Below, one piece after another: positions 1 through 13,707 of a stretch of 64,000 nt of DNA. A program made the translations under genes and the position numbers. Numbering within the stretch: position 1 is the stretch's first letter; every line of letters starts with the position of its first letter. The DNA lies in the NCBI GenBank assembly GCA_012295275.1, contig CM022668.1, positions 16,182,001 to 16,246,000 of the forward strand. Direction: 5' to 3'. The notes beneath the pieces are model-generated. The model saw nothing but the letters and a program-made list of their open reading frames with translations, searched no databases and was not told the origin of the DNA. This DNA is from Chrysomallon squamiferum. Taxonomy: Eukaryota; Animalia; Mollusca.

Positions 1-32
1 GCACACCCACACATTCATACAAATAAATTTAC

Positions 33-43
33 ATGTGTTCATA

Positions 44-90
<47 letters not shown>

Positions 91-95
91 ACATA

Positions 96-138
<43 letters not shown>

Positions 139-143
139 ACATA

Positions 144-180
<37 letters not shown>

Positions 181-189
181 GTATACATA

Positions 190-222
<33 letters not shown>

Positions 223-229
223 GTGTACA

Positions 230-271
<42 letters not shown>

Positions 272-371
272 CATGTGTGTGTGTGTGTATATATATATTT
301 ATATATACGTATGTGTGTGTGTATATATATATTTATATATACATATATATATGTGTGTGTATATATTTATT

Positions 372-423
<52 letters not shown>

Positions 424-450
424 TACACACACATCTACATATATACATAT
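33..450. repeat. Compound (TG)n/(TA)n/(CA)n microsatellite
   Basis: Directly visible; it is the source of the spurious [12 protein letters not shown] ORFs. Confidence 0.95.
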
Positions 451-1263
451 AAGGCATACCCATACAAATATAAACCTGGAACAGTTTTGAAAATTAATTA
501 TAACAATACTTATAAAACCAAATCCATTGAACAATTAACAATATCAGAAGTTATAATCACATAAAACAGTTCTGAATATATATTCCCACTACAGTGTATC
601 TGCATGTACAAAGAAATAAAATGAATTCAGTACAATAGATCTAATAAATAAAAAAAATAAAAAAATTTAATAGTAGTATCAGCATGTCACTACTAGCTTT
701 TCTTTTAATTATCTCTTGTATTGTGAAGATTAAATTTTATCTCATCCATGATGAAGAAAGATAAAAGTATTTCTGTCATACTTACTGTTTGTAACTGTCC
801 ATATTGAATTAATATTGTAGTATAATCATTTAAAGCCACTGACGTCTTAATGTCATACATGCATCTGATCCTGGGAACTGTGTGACAGAGTGACACCGAC
901 TGTGTATTTTACTTTTCATTGGCAGTCACCTTTATGCATGTTCATCCAGGTGAGACCACGATCTGTTTGAATCAATGTTGTCATACAGCCTTCTGTTATA
1001 GTGTGGGCTTTCAGCGTGTTGGGGGGCCCTAACTGGGTGCACTCATTAAAACGTGCTGTGAGATTTTTATTTTATTTAGAGGCTTCATTAAGGTGAATGG
1101 TTTTTTTATTGTGTGAGCGTGTGTGTGTATATACAGCCATACTCACACACACACACTCACACACACACAAACACACATCATATATAACATCACCTTAGAT
1201 GGCTTAATGAAGGCTCTACATCAGACACGGAAAACCTGTTTTGAGAAGTGGGCCATATGAGAC

Positions 1264-3264
1264 ATGGCTCATCCTCAAGCAGGCTGCAGGTACTAATTTA
1301 TTAAATTTTGTGTTTTTACGTAGAGCTTATTTTACTTCAGGAACTGTTATAATAAAACAATTACATGTGTATTACTATATTAATAGATACAAAATAGACT
1401 CATTTTATATAATTTGAATTAACGTTATTTTTCCTTGCTCTAAAGTTTAAAAAAAAATAAATAAATAAATACACAAGAGTTAATTCTTAGTGTTTGATTG
1501 GTTTAAATCTTAAAATACCACTAATTTCTATAAATTTTTCTGTTATTTAAGATTTGAAGTCAAATGTTGAATACAACTTGTTATATACTCGTTGCAAATC
1601 AGCATTTTAACCTTTGCAGGATAAAGCTGATATCTTAAGATAGTATCCAGTTGTGTGTGTGCATGTGTGTATATGTGTGTGTATGTGTGTCTGTATGTGT
1701 GTCTGTGTGTCTGTGTCTGTGTGTGTGTGTGTATGTATATGTGAGTGCACACACTGTCATAAAAAAACAATTATTTTTTTCTAACGTCGTTTGCTATATT
1801 TTTAAACATTAGAAGCAATACACATTTAATTTTAATTGAATTTTTTTTTTTTTTTTTTTTTAAATTTTAATTTAATGTCATTTTTGAAGCAGTAGAGCTC
1901 TCCAGGAGATTCAAAGAAAGCATAAACATATGAAAATTATGACTTATATATGTATATTTTATTATTTTTTCACTGGCAAAATTGGATGATGAATAATAAT
2001 AAGAATTTAATAAATGCAGTTTTTTTCTTTCTCAGTTTATGTGTACTTCAAAAACAGATGACTGAGACAGACAAATTTCGTTCTGTATTTTCCAAACAAA
2101 AATATAGCTTGACTGTTCTAGAACTTTGACTTAAATCAGAGGTCTGGGAGTAAATAGAGGTTTTTTTGTTTATATTATTGTTTGATTATTTGAAAATCAC
2201 TGTTACTAACTTGTGTAAGTTTTAACATGTTGACATTTGATTCTTTGAAAATCATTATTACTAACTTATACAGGAGTCCAGCAGGGACCATATACAAATT
2301 TAAACTTGGATAACACAAATGTTGATTTCTTTAGAATCTTGATCTGTCAAACTGAACGTCTGGTTCAAGTACACACATAGACACAGACACAGAGACAGAC
2401 ACAGACACAGACACACACATTCCACACAGACACACACACACACACACACCACGCGCACACACACACAAACACACTACTGTTTTATGTTTATAATATTCAG
2501 TTCTTAAATTGTGATATCAAATGATTTCATTTTCATTTGCCTTTTACGTATTTCAGGACAGAAGTTTCATTCACAAAGAAGGGTTTGGTGTACATATGGC
2601 AGGGATATGTAGGTGACATCAAACTTCAGTCATTCCCCATTTTCTTGACTCGACAGATCAGAAGAGTTTCATTAGGGGGAGAGCACTGTTTGTTTCTGAC
2701 CTCTGACCTGGAAGTGTTCAGCTGTGGAGGGAACAGTCATGGACAGCTGGGCCTGGGAACTGTGGACATTAAACAAAGTGAAGAACCACAAATCATTCCA
2801 GATTTGTCAGGTATTTGTACACTTCTAAACTGTCAGTTGGATCTGCAGGTATTATGTATATTAATAGACACACAATACACACACACATACATACATACAG
2901 ATATAATACATACAGTTGCAAACACACAGAAACACAGAGCCACACACACACTCACAAACACAGATAACACAAACATACAAGCACACATACACCTAGACAT
3001 ATGCACACACATACAAATACAATACTAACACTTGCAAACATATACACATACAGACAAACATATACACCACATGCACATACACACACATACACACAGACAC
3101 ACACACACACACACACACACACAGGCACAAACATGTACACCTAGACATATGCACACACATACAAATACAATACTAACACTTGCAAACATATAGACATACA
3201 GACAAACATACACACACATACATACAGGCACACATGTACACCACATGCACATACACACATACTG

Positions 3265-3301
<37 letters not shown>

Positions 3302-5949
3302 CGTTAATTGTATATAATTCTCTGGATACTTATTAATTTACATTTTTAATCCTGTTGAATAATCTGTGTGCAGACAAAATTGCCTTTTCCTTTGTTTTTT
3401 TGATGTTATTAATTGATATGTAAGTTATTGTTTATATTCTAGATAAGGCTGTGGTTGATGTTGCGTGTGGCAGACATCACAGTGGGGCTGTGTGTGAGAA
3501 TGGTGATGTGTTCTGTTGGGGTGACTCGAGTCAAGGCCAGTGTGCTGTTGACTCTGAAAAGCCTGTCACGTCGCCTGCTCGCGTGGAGATTCTGACAAGT
3601 GGAGAGATGTGTGAACATGGAGTTGTTTCTCCTGGCAGGAAGGTGTATATCAGGAAAATGTCCTGTGGTGCACGGCACACAATTGCATTGTCACGAGACG
3701 GTGAAATTTGGGCTTGGGGGTCGGGAATTGAGCTGGGTCTTGGTGATGTAACCAGCTCGGTGAAACCTCAGGCAGTCCCAGGCACTGCTGGAAGAAACAT
3801 CCTGGACGTCTGCTGTGGTGACAATTACAGCATGATGATCGTTGAAAAATCGGAGCAAGATAAGAAACGGAGTACAAGGCCTAAACAGAAAGCCGCAGCT
3901 AAAAACATACAGTCTCACTATCCATCACAGTGTGCAGCGTGCAGTAAGGAGATCTACACGTACACTGAGACAAACGACACATGTATTATTGATGAAGGTG
4001 CATGACTGTCAGGACAGCATGGACATCAGTGGTCGCAGCATGGAGTCCAGTGGTGGCAGCATCGACGTGGACAACGTTTCTTTTGATAACCAGAACATAT
4101 CGGCCAACGACTCGCATAAAAATACCACGTCTGGTCAGACTGGTGAAGGTGTGTCATCAGGTGACTCGAGTAACTTACAGACTATCTCCAGTTCCAAACA
4201 AGTGCCTTTGGTTGATACAGGTGTACAACATTCTTCTGATACTCAGGAATCTAAAAATAGTATGTGTTCAGACCCCAGCCATACCCAGGAACAAGTCAGT
4301 ACCATGTCTGCTGAGTCCACAGATGTTTTTAGTCAAAATCAAGTTGGTTCAGAACCTGGTGATATTGAAAGTAAGATCTCAGAGCATGTCCAGGCTTCTT
4401 CTGATGTTCAGTATTTTTCTAGCTGTGAACAAAACGGTCAAGCAATTTCAGAAAAGGAAACACAAAACACAGAATCAGTAGGAGACAGCAGTGAGGACAA
4501 GAATGAAGGAGCAGTGTTAGAATTTGTCACACAGAAGAATGTAGAACAACATGATGGAGAAACTGGCAGAAGTTTAGAAGGTGCTGTATCACAAGACATT
4601 CCGGAATGTGAAAAATCGTTAAATAAAGGTAATGAATGAATTTACTGAATAAAAGAAATATTTGATTAGGAAACATAAATCACAGCCCCATACTATGCTG
4701 TAGAGGTGAATTTTTGGGGTTTCTTTCTTCATTAAGTTAAATCTTTAATTCGTTTTTCTTCTTAAGTCATAATTCATTCTTCTTCTTCTTTGTCCTCTTC
4801 TTCTTCTTCTTCTTCTTACTATTATTATTATTGTTTTTGTTATTTATATTTTTTGAAGGTAAGGTGCCCAAACACATTGAAGCTGGTGACCAAGATTTTG
4901 GCATACAAAAAAATTCTTCTAATCAAATTGAAGATAAAGAACATTGTGTTGCAGTAGAAGATAAAAAAGAAGTAGATGTTAAAATGGAAGATGAAAAAGA
5001 ACTTAGTGTTAAAACAGAAGACGAAAAAGAACTTAGTGTTAAAACAGAAGATAAAGAACATTGTGTTGCAATAGAAGATAAAAAAGAATTTAGTGTTAAA
5101 ACAGAAGATAAAGAACTAGATGTTAAAATGGAAGATGAAAAAGAACTTAGTGTTAAAACAGAAGATAAAAAAGAACTAGATGTTAAAATAGAAGATAAAA
5201 AAGAACTAGATGTTAAAACAGAAGATAAAAAAGAACTTAGTGTTCAAACTGAAGATAAAAAAGAACTAGATGTTAAAACAGAAGATAAAAAAGAACTAGA
5301 TGTTAAAATGGAAGATGAAAAAGAACTTAGTGTTAAAACTGAAGATACAAAAGAACTTAGTGTTAAAACAGAAAATGAAAAAGAACTTGATGTTAAAATG
5401 GAAGATGAAAAAGAACTGGATGTTAAAACAGAACACAAAACAAATGCACTGGACTCTAAAGATAAGGCAGTTCTTTATGAAGAATCTAAAACAGATTCAG
5501 AACAACAAGATGACAAATGTAAGAATGTTGAGTCTTTTTCTACATCAGAACAAAATCTGCCAGATGAAGTTGTTTGGCGAAGAATGGATTCTCTAGAAGA
5601 AGAAGCTAAACTGAAAAATGAAGAAATTCAGAGAGCCGAGGTTGGAATTTGATAAATAGTTTTATTTTCATTATTTGCTACATGTTAGTAATGCCAGGCA
5701 GATTATACTGTTAAAATTAATAAGAAGTTAATAAATTGTTGTTTTAACATGATTGTATTCAATATATTAACTGATATTTTTAAACCCTGTATGTATGTAT
5801 GTATGTATGTATGTATGTATGTATGTATGTATGTGTGTGTGTATGTATGTATGTATGTATGTATGTATGTATGTATGTATGTGATTGTATATCCATTAAT
5901 ATATGTATGTGTCTGTGTTTTTAAGTGATATATATAAATTTATACACAA

Positions 5950-5982
<33 letters not shown>

Positions 5983-8744
5983 GAAACTGACACAAACATA
6001 CATAAACATGTATATAAACACAGAAACTAACACACACACACATCTATAAATATAAACACACTGATACAGACAGACAGATACCAATAATAAAAGTTATTTA
6101 CTTTTATTTTTTTTTTTCCCCAGGCTCCTATAACCACACACAGTACAACCACTGACAGTCAGAGTTTGGAATCAGAGATGAAACCCAGCGAGCAAGGAAA
6201 GAACTCGTCACTGCATTCCACCCTGCACAGCTTCCTGCCCTACTCCTCCACGATGCTGCAGACGATGAAGTCCATGACGAGCCACACGCTGACTGGAATC
6301 CAGATGTCTGTGTCCTACGTGACCCAGAAGTTGAACACGGAAATCGTGAGCAGCTCACCCCTGACCAGCATGAGCACCAGTTTAGACTCACTGTCAGACA
6401 CAGTGCAAGAGTCGTGCTTCGTGGATAGCAGGCAGGACAGCAAGGAAGGTAAATCCGAGCCCCCCCGAGTTAACGAGGGTTCGCCCCCCGACCGGGAACC
6501 CACACCTGATGAAAGTCGAGTGAGCAAGAAGTCGCAGTCAGTGAAAACTGTCTGGGCAAAGCAGGACCAGCTGAACAGAAAACATAGCCGCCCAGGTTAA
6601 ATCTCTTGTGTTGATGTTTTGTAGACGTTTTCACTAGTTGTAGTTTGTTTTTGAAATTACTTTTAAGAATTTAAAACTTAATATATATATATTTTTTTAT
6701 CATTGTTATAGATGAAAAAGAGGTTTGAACAAACATACATAATTCTATTGACCTTTTGAATAGATTTTTAAATAATTCAATGCTACAGTTTACTTGGATT
6801 TTATTTTTGTTATAATGTCAGTTGTTCCTAAGCCTTACAGTGTTATAAAAACAATGGTAAAATTGTACATAATGTTTTATTATGATTATGATAAAAATGT
6901 AAGATCAGTTAAATCGTGTAAAGTATTGAGATAAAATTACTTCAAGTTTGTCAATCTCTGACAGATGATGATGAGAAGTTGGTTTTGGACGAAGGCCGCC
7001 ATGTTTTTACTGATACAGAGGTTTGGGTCTGGGGTCACAACAAGAAAGGTCAACTAGGAATTGGAGACAGCATTGAGAGGTATGCTTAAACTTTAATAAT
7101 TTTCCTATCAAGAACTGTAATGAATGAAGCTTGCCAACTTGCTATCAGAGACAGCATTTGAGAATTATACGTAAAATTTAAAGTTGATTTTGATAACAAA
7201 CAGGAAAAACCTAGGTTTTGTAGTTGTTTATTACAGAAATATTTTAATTGTAGAAGCAGGCCATGCTGTATAAAGATGCTGTCTAACAGAAAGATAATAA
7301 AAATAGCAGCAGGTTCCACACATTCCTTAGCTTTGACAGCTGTTGGTCAGGTATCTGCTTTTATTTTTAATAATGTAGCTATCTAGTACGTAAATGAGTA
7401 AGTGGGTGAATGATTGAGAGAAAGAAAGGGCTACAGACAGACAGACAGAGAGAGAGATGGACTGACAGACAGAGAGGGAGAGGGAGTGAGTATATAAAAA
7501 TGTTAATATGTATAAATGCTCATATGTGTTATAAGAAAATTAAATTTTTGACTTTTAATACTTAAAAATAAATAAAACTGTATGTTTCATCTTCAGAAAC
7601 AGTTAAGTTACATAAATGTAGCAGACATTTGTTATTCTAAAGAAATATTAGATTTTTCATAGTATGTCATTTTCTATACATTTATTTTAAATACAAACTA
7701 TAATCCTTCATTTACTAATATAAAATTTGTTCTGTGTTTCTATTTTTTTTAGGTCTATTCTTGGGGGAACAATGCTTATGGCCAACTTGGTCATTCAGAG
7801 ACTGCCATTTCACCAGTGCGAATAAAGGTAAAACCAATATTCTGAATACAGCACTGTATTTTACCTTAACTAATAAATCCTGATTTAAATAAAATTTCAC
7901 CTGTCTGATTAAAGGTAACTAAAAATAATATTCTTATAAACAGCTCTGTATTTTATTTATATAATTTCCTATATTTCAGTTTAAATTTAACTAATAAAAT
8001 ATGATTTAAACAACTTTATGAACCAGCATGCTTGAATAATTTATAATATTAAATAAAGTAAAACCAGTTTGTTTAGCTGATTTAAACAGCATTATGAAAT
8101 AGTTTGCTGCAGTAATTTATAAATATCTGAGATTAAACCTAATTTATTTGGCTAATTTAAACACCATTACAAACTGATTTTATAATATTATAAAATTGAA
8201 TCACTTAATGTAAAATATTTAAAATGTTTGATGTTATAAAGTATTTATTTCAGTTTATGAAAGGCTGTCACATATGGGATGTAGCAGCAGGAAAATCACA
8301 TTCGATATTTTTAGCTGACAGTGGTGGAATGAAGCCGTACATCTTCTTCTGTGGAAAACAGCCATCGTAAGTTGTTTCAGCCCAAAGCAAATCTGTTATT
8401 ATACACTGAATTTCTGAACAGTTGGTACTGCCAAAAGTTTTACTATCTTACTGTTGATACTAAATTTTCAGTCTATAGCAAATCTATTATTATTAGTACT
8501 GAAATACACTGAATTTCTGAACAGTTGGTACTGTAAAACAAATGCTATCTTACTATTGATACTAATGTTTCAGTCTATCGTAATTCTTTTATTTTAGTAC
8601 TGAAATAGAAATTATAAATATACTTGACAGTTCAGTATCCATGTATTACATCCTGAATTTCCAGCAGTCAACATAACAACAAAAAAGAAAAAAAAAAAAA
8701 AATAATAATAATAATAAAATGAATAATAATAATAATAATAATAA

Positions 8745-8775
<31 letters not shown>

Positions 8776-11182
8776 AATAAAAATAATAATAATAATAATG
8801 TACTGTTGATACTAAAGTTTCATAATTTGATGTTGGGGTCAAATAATTTTCAGGCAGTTTTTAGAAAAGGCACTCGCTTGTATGAATATGTATTTCTAAT
8901 TTAGCAGTCATTGCAAGAACCTGCCTGAGGTATTATGTGTTGTAGAATAAACTTTTCTGTTTGCTGGTATGCTTTACGTCTGTTCCAAACCTGTGATGAA
9001 TACTCCAGTCCTTGGGAAGGTGCATATTAAAATACTTTCTGCTAAATGAACCAGGAGCACTGGGTTTCCTCTTTGTTATTACATAAATGATTGTGTTTTG
9101 TTTCACTGATAATTTTAATAGTTTTCTTTCAGGAAAGATGTGTACTCTACAGTTGTCAAAAGCATGGTGCCTATACAGATTCCCCAGCTGAAAAAGGTTA
9201 AAGTTACATTCATTAACTGTCTCGTTTTATTTTCTTAGCCAGAGAATGTTAAAACTTTTATATTATTTTATTTATAAATTTTGAAGTATGTTTTTATGCT
9301 GTTTTAATTATTTATAAACTGCAAGTGCATAATAACATGTAGGTAATGAATTTCAAAATGTCATGATGATGTTAATAATAATGACAATAATAATAATAAT
9401 AATAATAATAATATGACACCATTATTATCATCATCATCATCTTATTAATTGTTTTCTCCAGATATGAAACTGCACATCATTTTTCATCAATACGCACTTA
9501 TTATAATGTTTATGATGCAAACAGATAACACTAGGATAACCTCAGTTTTTATAAATAGCATTTGCTATTTGTCCCAATTAAAATTGGTTATTAAGTGTAA
9601 TATAACAATTACGATGACCATGATGATGATAACAACCATTATGACAATAATAATAATGATGATAACAACAATAATAATGATTATAATGTGATGATGATAG
9701 TAATGATAATAATATCATGATGATAATGATGGTGATGATGTTGACAGGCTGGCTGGCTGAGGCAGGTGTCGGCAGGGGGAGATAACTGCGCCTGCTTGCT
9801 GGATGAAACTAGCAGTATGGTGAAGGTGCTGTATGAATTTGCGGCATCTGAGCGACATTTCTTTCACAGCATGAACAGGATCGAGATCCTTTTCCTCAAA
9901 CCACTGATTAAATCCAGTACGTATGTTACTTCAATTTTAATTGCAAATTTTTACTTAACATATTTTTAAATATAATTAATGATCACATTATTAAGTCCTT
10001 TACAGACAACAGGGTGCAAAAACATTTGCTACCACATAGTGTAGATATGGATAACTCACTTCTCTCATATTTGAAAGATGAAATTTTTTTATTAATTAGC
10101 AGCCAGGAATGTTTTATATGCACCTTCTCACAGGCAGGAAAACACAGATTTCAGAAGCACAGCTCAGGTCAGAACAGGAAAAGCTTAGTGAGAAGGATTG
10201 AGCCTGTCACTTGATGTGTTTAACAGTGAATGGTTATTTGTATGTAGATGTCTTAATGAGTTATATTTTTAATTTTCTGTTCTGTAGCTTTTTTCACAAC
10301 ACTTGATGTCTACCCATTCAAATCTTCACTGAGTGAACTTGTGCATACAAACATCAGCTTGACTCACCATGTAAGTATTCTTAAACATTATTCTTTGTTG
10401 AATAAATATAAATACATAATATAACTTAAAAATTATTAAAAATATTTATGTGGACCAAACAGATACGATTTCTGGATGTTATTCTTGAAAAAGGAATAAA
10501 ATATAAGTATGTACACAAAGTAAATTAAACATAAGTATGTTAACAATGCAGAATTAAATATAAATATACATGGAATACAAAATAAAATATAAATATGTTT
10601 ACAAATTTATCTGAACAGAATAAAATTAATTTTATTATTTATTATCAGCAAAGAATGATTGATAATAATAATTATTGTTTTATGTTAGAAAAACTTTATT
10701 TTTATTTTTAGGTGTGTAAATCTTTGACTGAACTTTCCTTTGCAATACGAGATGGACTCGATATTTGCCAAGTGAGTCAGTTCTGTAACTACGGGGAAAC
10801 TGTGCGTCTGTTTTCAAAATACTCACAGTGTCTGGCGGACTTTGTGGCTGTCGGTGGTTTTAAATACATCACCAAGACTGGAGTGTGAGTTTTGTAAAAT
10901 TATTATCATAACATGAGGTTATCTACTGAATTAATTTGATTTTTAATTTTATATATATATATATAGATATAGATACAGATATAGATTTATTTAATTTTTG
11001 TCAACAGATTCTAATTATAATAATAATAATAGTGTAATAAAATAAATATTATGCAATTTAATATAATGTTGTATACATTACAGACAGTTTGATACAATAT
11101 TGTACAATATAATTAAGTAGCAGTGGTAGGTAGTAGTACAATAAAATAGGGCCATATAATACAAATAAAAGAACAGTTTCTT

Positions 11183-11213
<31 letters not shown>

Positions 11214-12142
11214 TTATTATTATTATATAACTGGACACATTTCTTATCTAAATTACAGTACAAAAACAAATTTAACCCAAATCATTATTCTTTTTATTAG
11301 AAAATAGATTATTTAGCCATTATAACAGTCAGTTATTTGTTTATCTGTGTTACTCAGATCATTCTTTGAGAAGATTCAAGATACTTTTCGTCAGCTGTTG
11401 GATGATAAAATTGACGTAGCGAATCACGCTGCTAACTTCAGATTAGCCATGTTGCAGCCTGTGCTCAGAGTGAAGGAATGTGCCAAGTTGATACACAAAC
11501 TCAGTGAAACTGCACAGTTGGTCAGTTAATTGATTTTTAAAAATATTTCTTTATTATTCTTCTTAATTTTATGACACGAAAAAAATCTCTGGTACAAATA
11601 ACTGGTAATTTAAAAAAGAAAAATTTGGTTCAAGTTTAAAAATAAAATAAAATTGTTTAATAATAAATAATGATTAATTTGACAATATAATTATAATATT
11701 ATTGTTTACACAAATAATTAACAGCCAGATAATAGAATTATGTTTGTATCTATTACAGTATTAGCAATCAGTCAAGCCATGATTAATCTTTTTTATTATT
11801 TTTATTATTTATTTTAGGTGTCTAGCCATATTGCAGCATGCTGTCAGTTTATTTTGATCTTTCATGTTTTTTTATTTTCTGTATTTAAGAACATTTTTAT
11901 GTATTATTTGGTTTTATTTTAGTTTATTTATTTACATTTTTTATTTTTTTTATTTTTTATTTATTTGTCTATTTATTTATTTATAAATTTTTTTATTCAG
12001 GGGTCTGACAGTGCACACCTTCTACAGAAAGTAGCACTGAAGTGGGAGAGTCTAAAACTGACTTCCACTAATGAACTTTCTCTAGCTGATCGAACTTGTG
12101 CTTTCTGGGAAGGAGCAAATCCCAAATTAGCTGTAAGTCCAT

Positions 12143-12175
<33 letters not shown>

Positions 12176-12226
12176 GTTTTTATAGGTTTAATTTGAATCT
12201 TTTTGCTAATGAGATAAGGGAAATTC

Positions 12227-12259
<33 letters not shown>

Positions 12260-13333
12260 ATCTTAAAATTATTAATAAACAAAAATTCTTAATTATTACA
12301 AATAAACAAAAATTCACTTTTATTGAATCTGAAGAGTATATCAATATTCTTTACTGGCAGGAAATATTTTATTATATTTTAACACTATTCTGCATCTGTC
12401 ACAATATTTATCCGTAGTATTACTTAAATCAAAATAGATTTGATTACATTCTTCTGGGGGTTTAAAGGACATCATTGTGTTCATACTCTCTACCAGAATT
12501 CAGAATATTTGGATAAATAACTGTTGTCCTTTGATCACATACACCTTGGACACTAGATATTGTGTTGAAATGTTGTGTTTAAATATTGTGTTTAAATGTT
12601 GTGTTTAAATGTTGTGTTTAAATGTTGTGTTTAAATATTGTGTTGAAATGTTGTGTTTAAATGTTGCGTTTAAATGTTGCGTTTGAATGTTGCGTTTGAA
12701 TGTTGCGTTTGAATGTTGCGTTTGAATGTTGCGTTTGAATGTTGCGTTTGAATGTTGTGTTTGAATGTTGTGTTTAAATGTTGTGTTTAAATATTGTGTT
12801 TAAATGTTGTGTTTAAATGTTGTGTTTAAATGTTGTGTTTGATGTTTCAGGATGTGTTGCGGACTGCACATCGACGTCTGCTGCGAGAGAGTAAAACTCA
12901 TCCACTCGTTCTTCCCACTTCAGGACGTTTCTCCTCCTCTTGTCTCTTTCTTCTCTTTAACGATGTCTTTGTACAGAGCCAGGTTGTGTAATTATTCTGT
13001 TTAGTTTTTAATTATTATTATTTTTTTCAAAAACACAGTTAGTAATAATTTTAAAGTTAATGTTAATATAATTAAAAATAAGTTTCTTTGTTAGTCTGTG
13101 TTATTGTGGGATAAATTGTTTAAAGTTTTTCAGTGCAAAACAAAAGGTAACCAGTTATTTAAATATTGATATAACTGTTGTTATTAATTTTAATATTATT
13201 CAGAGCAAAACAAAATAATATATAAAACATTTGAAAGGGATGTTTGCAGCATTGTTATATCTGTGAATAATTGCTTTCAGAAAACAACTTAAATAAAACA
13301 AAAAACAAAAACAAATTACTCCAAGTGGGCATG

Positions 13334-13380
<47 letters not shown>

Positions 13381-13612
13381 TTATTATTACTTATTTTTTG
13401 ATGAAAAAATAACTGTTTTTTAGCTTCTTACATTTGTGTAGATTACTCATGACAGTTATGTGTTTTCAAAGCTATATTAGTTTTAAATGTTTTATTACAG
13501 AATGCAGGTATTCATGTTTTTCCTCTAGAGACTTTGTGGGTTGAAATGCCAGAATCAGACCTCAATTCTCAGTAAGGGTCTACTTTGATAACTATTATTA
13601 TTATTACTTTTA

Positions 13613-13707
<95 letters not shown>

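Noticed and set aside
33-564. ORFs of CV/YI/HT dipeptide repeats (also near 3.0, 20.8, 24.3, 43.0, 49.1 and 63.1 kb)
   Set aside because: They are translations of dinucleotide microsatellites, with no splice or homology support.
748-842. Possible C/D snoRNA (ATGATGA ... CTGA)
   Set aside because: There is no terminal stem and no recognisable rRNA antisense element; such motifs are expected by chance.
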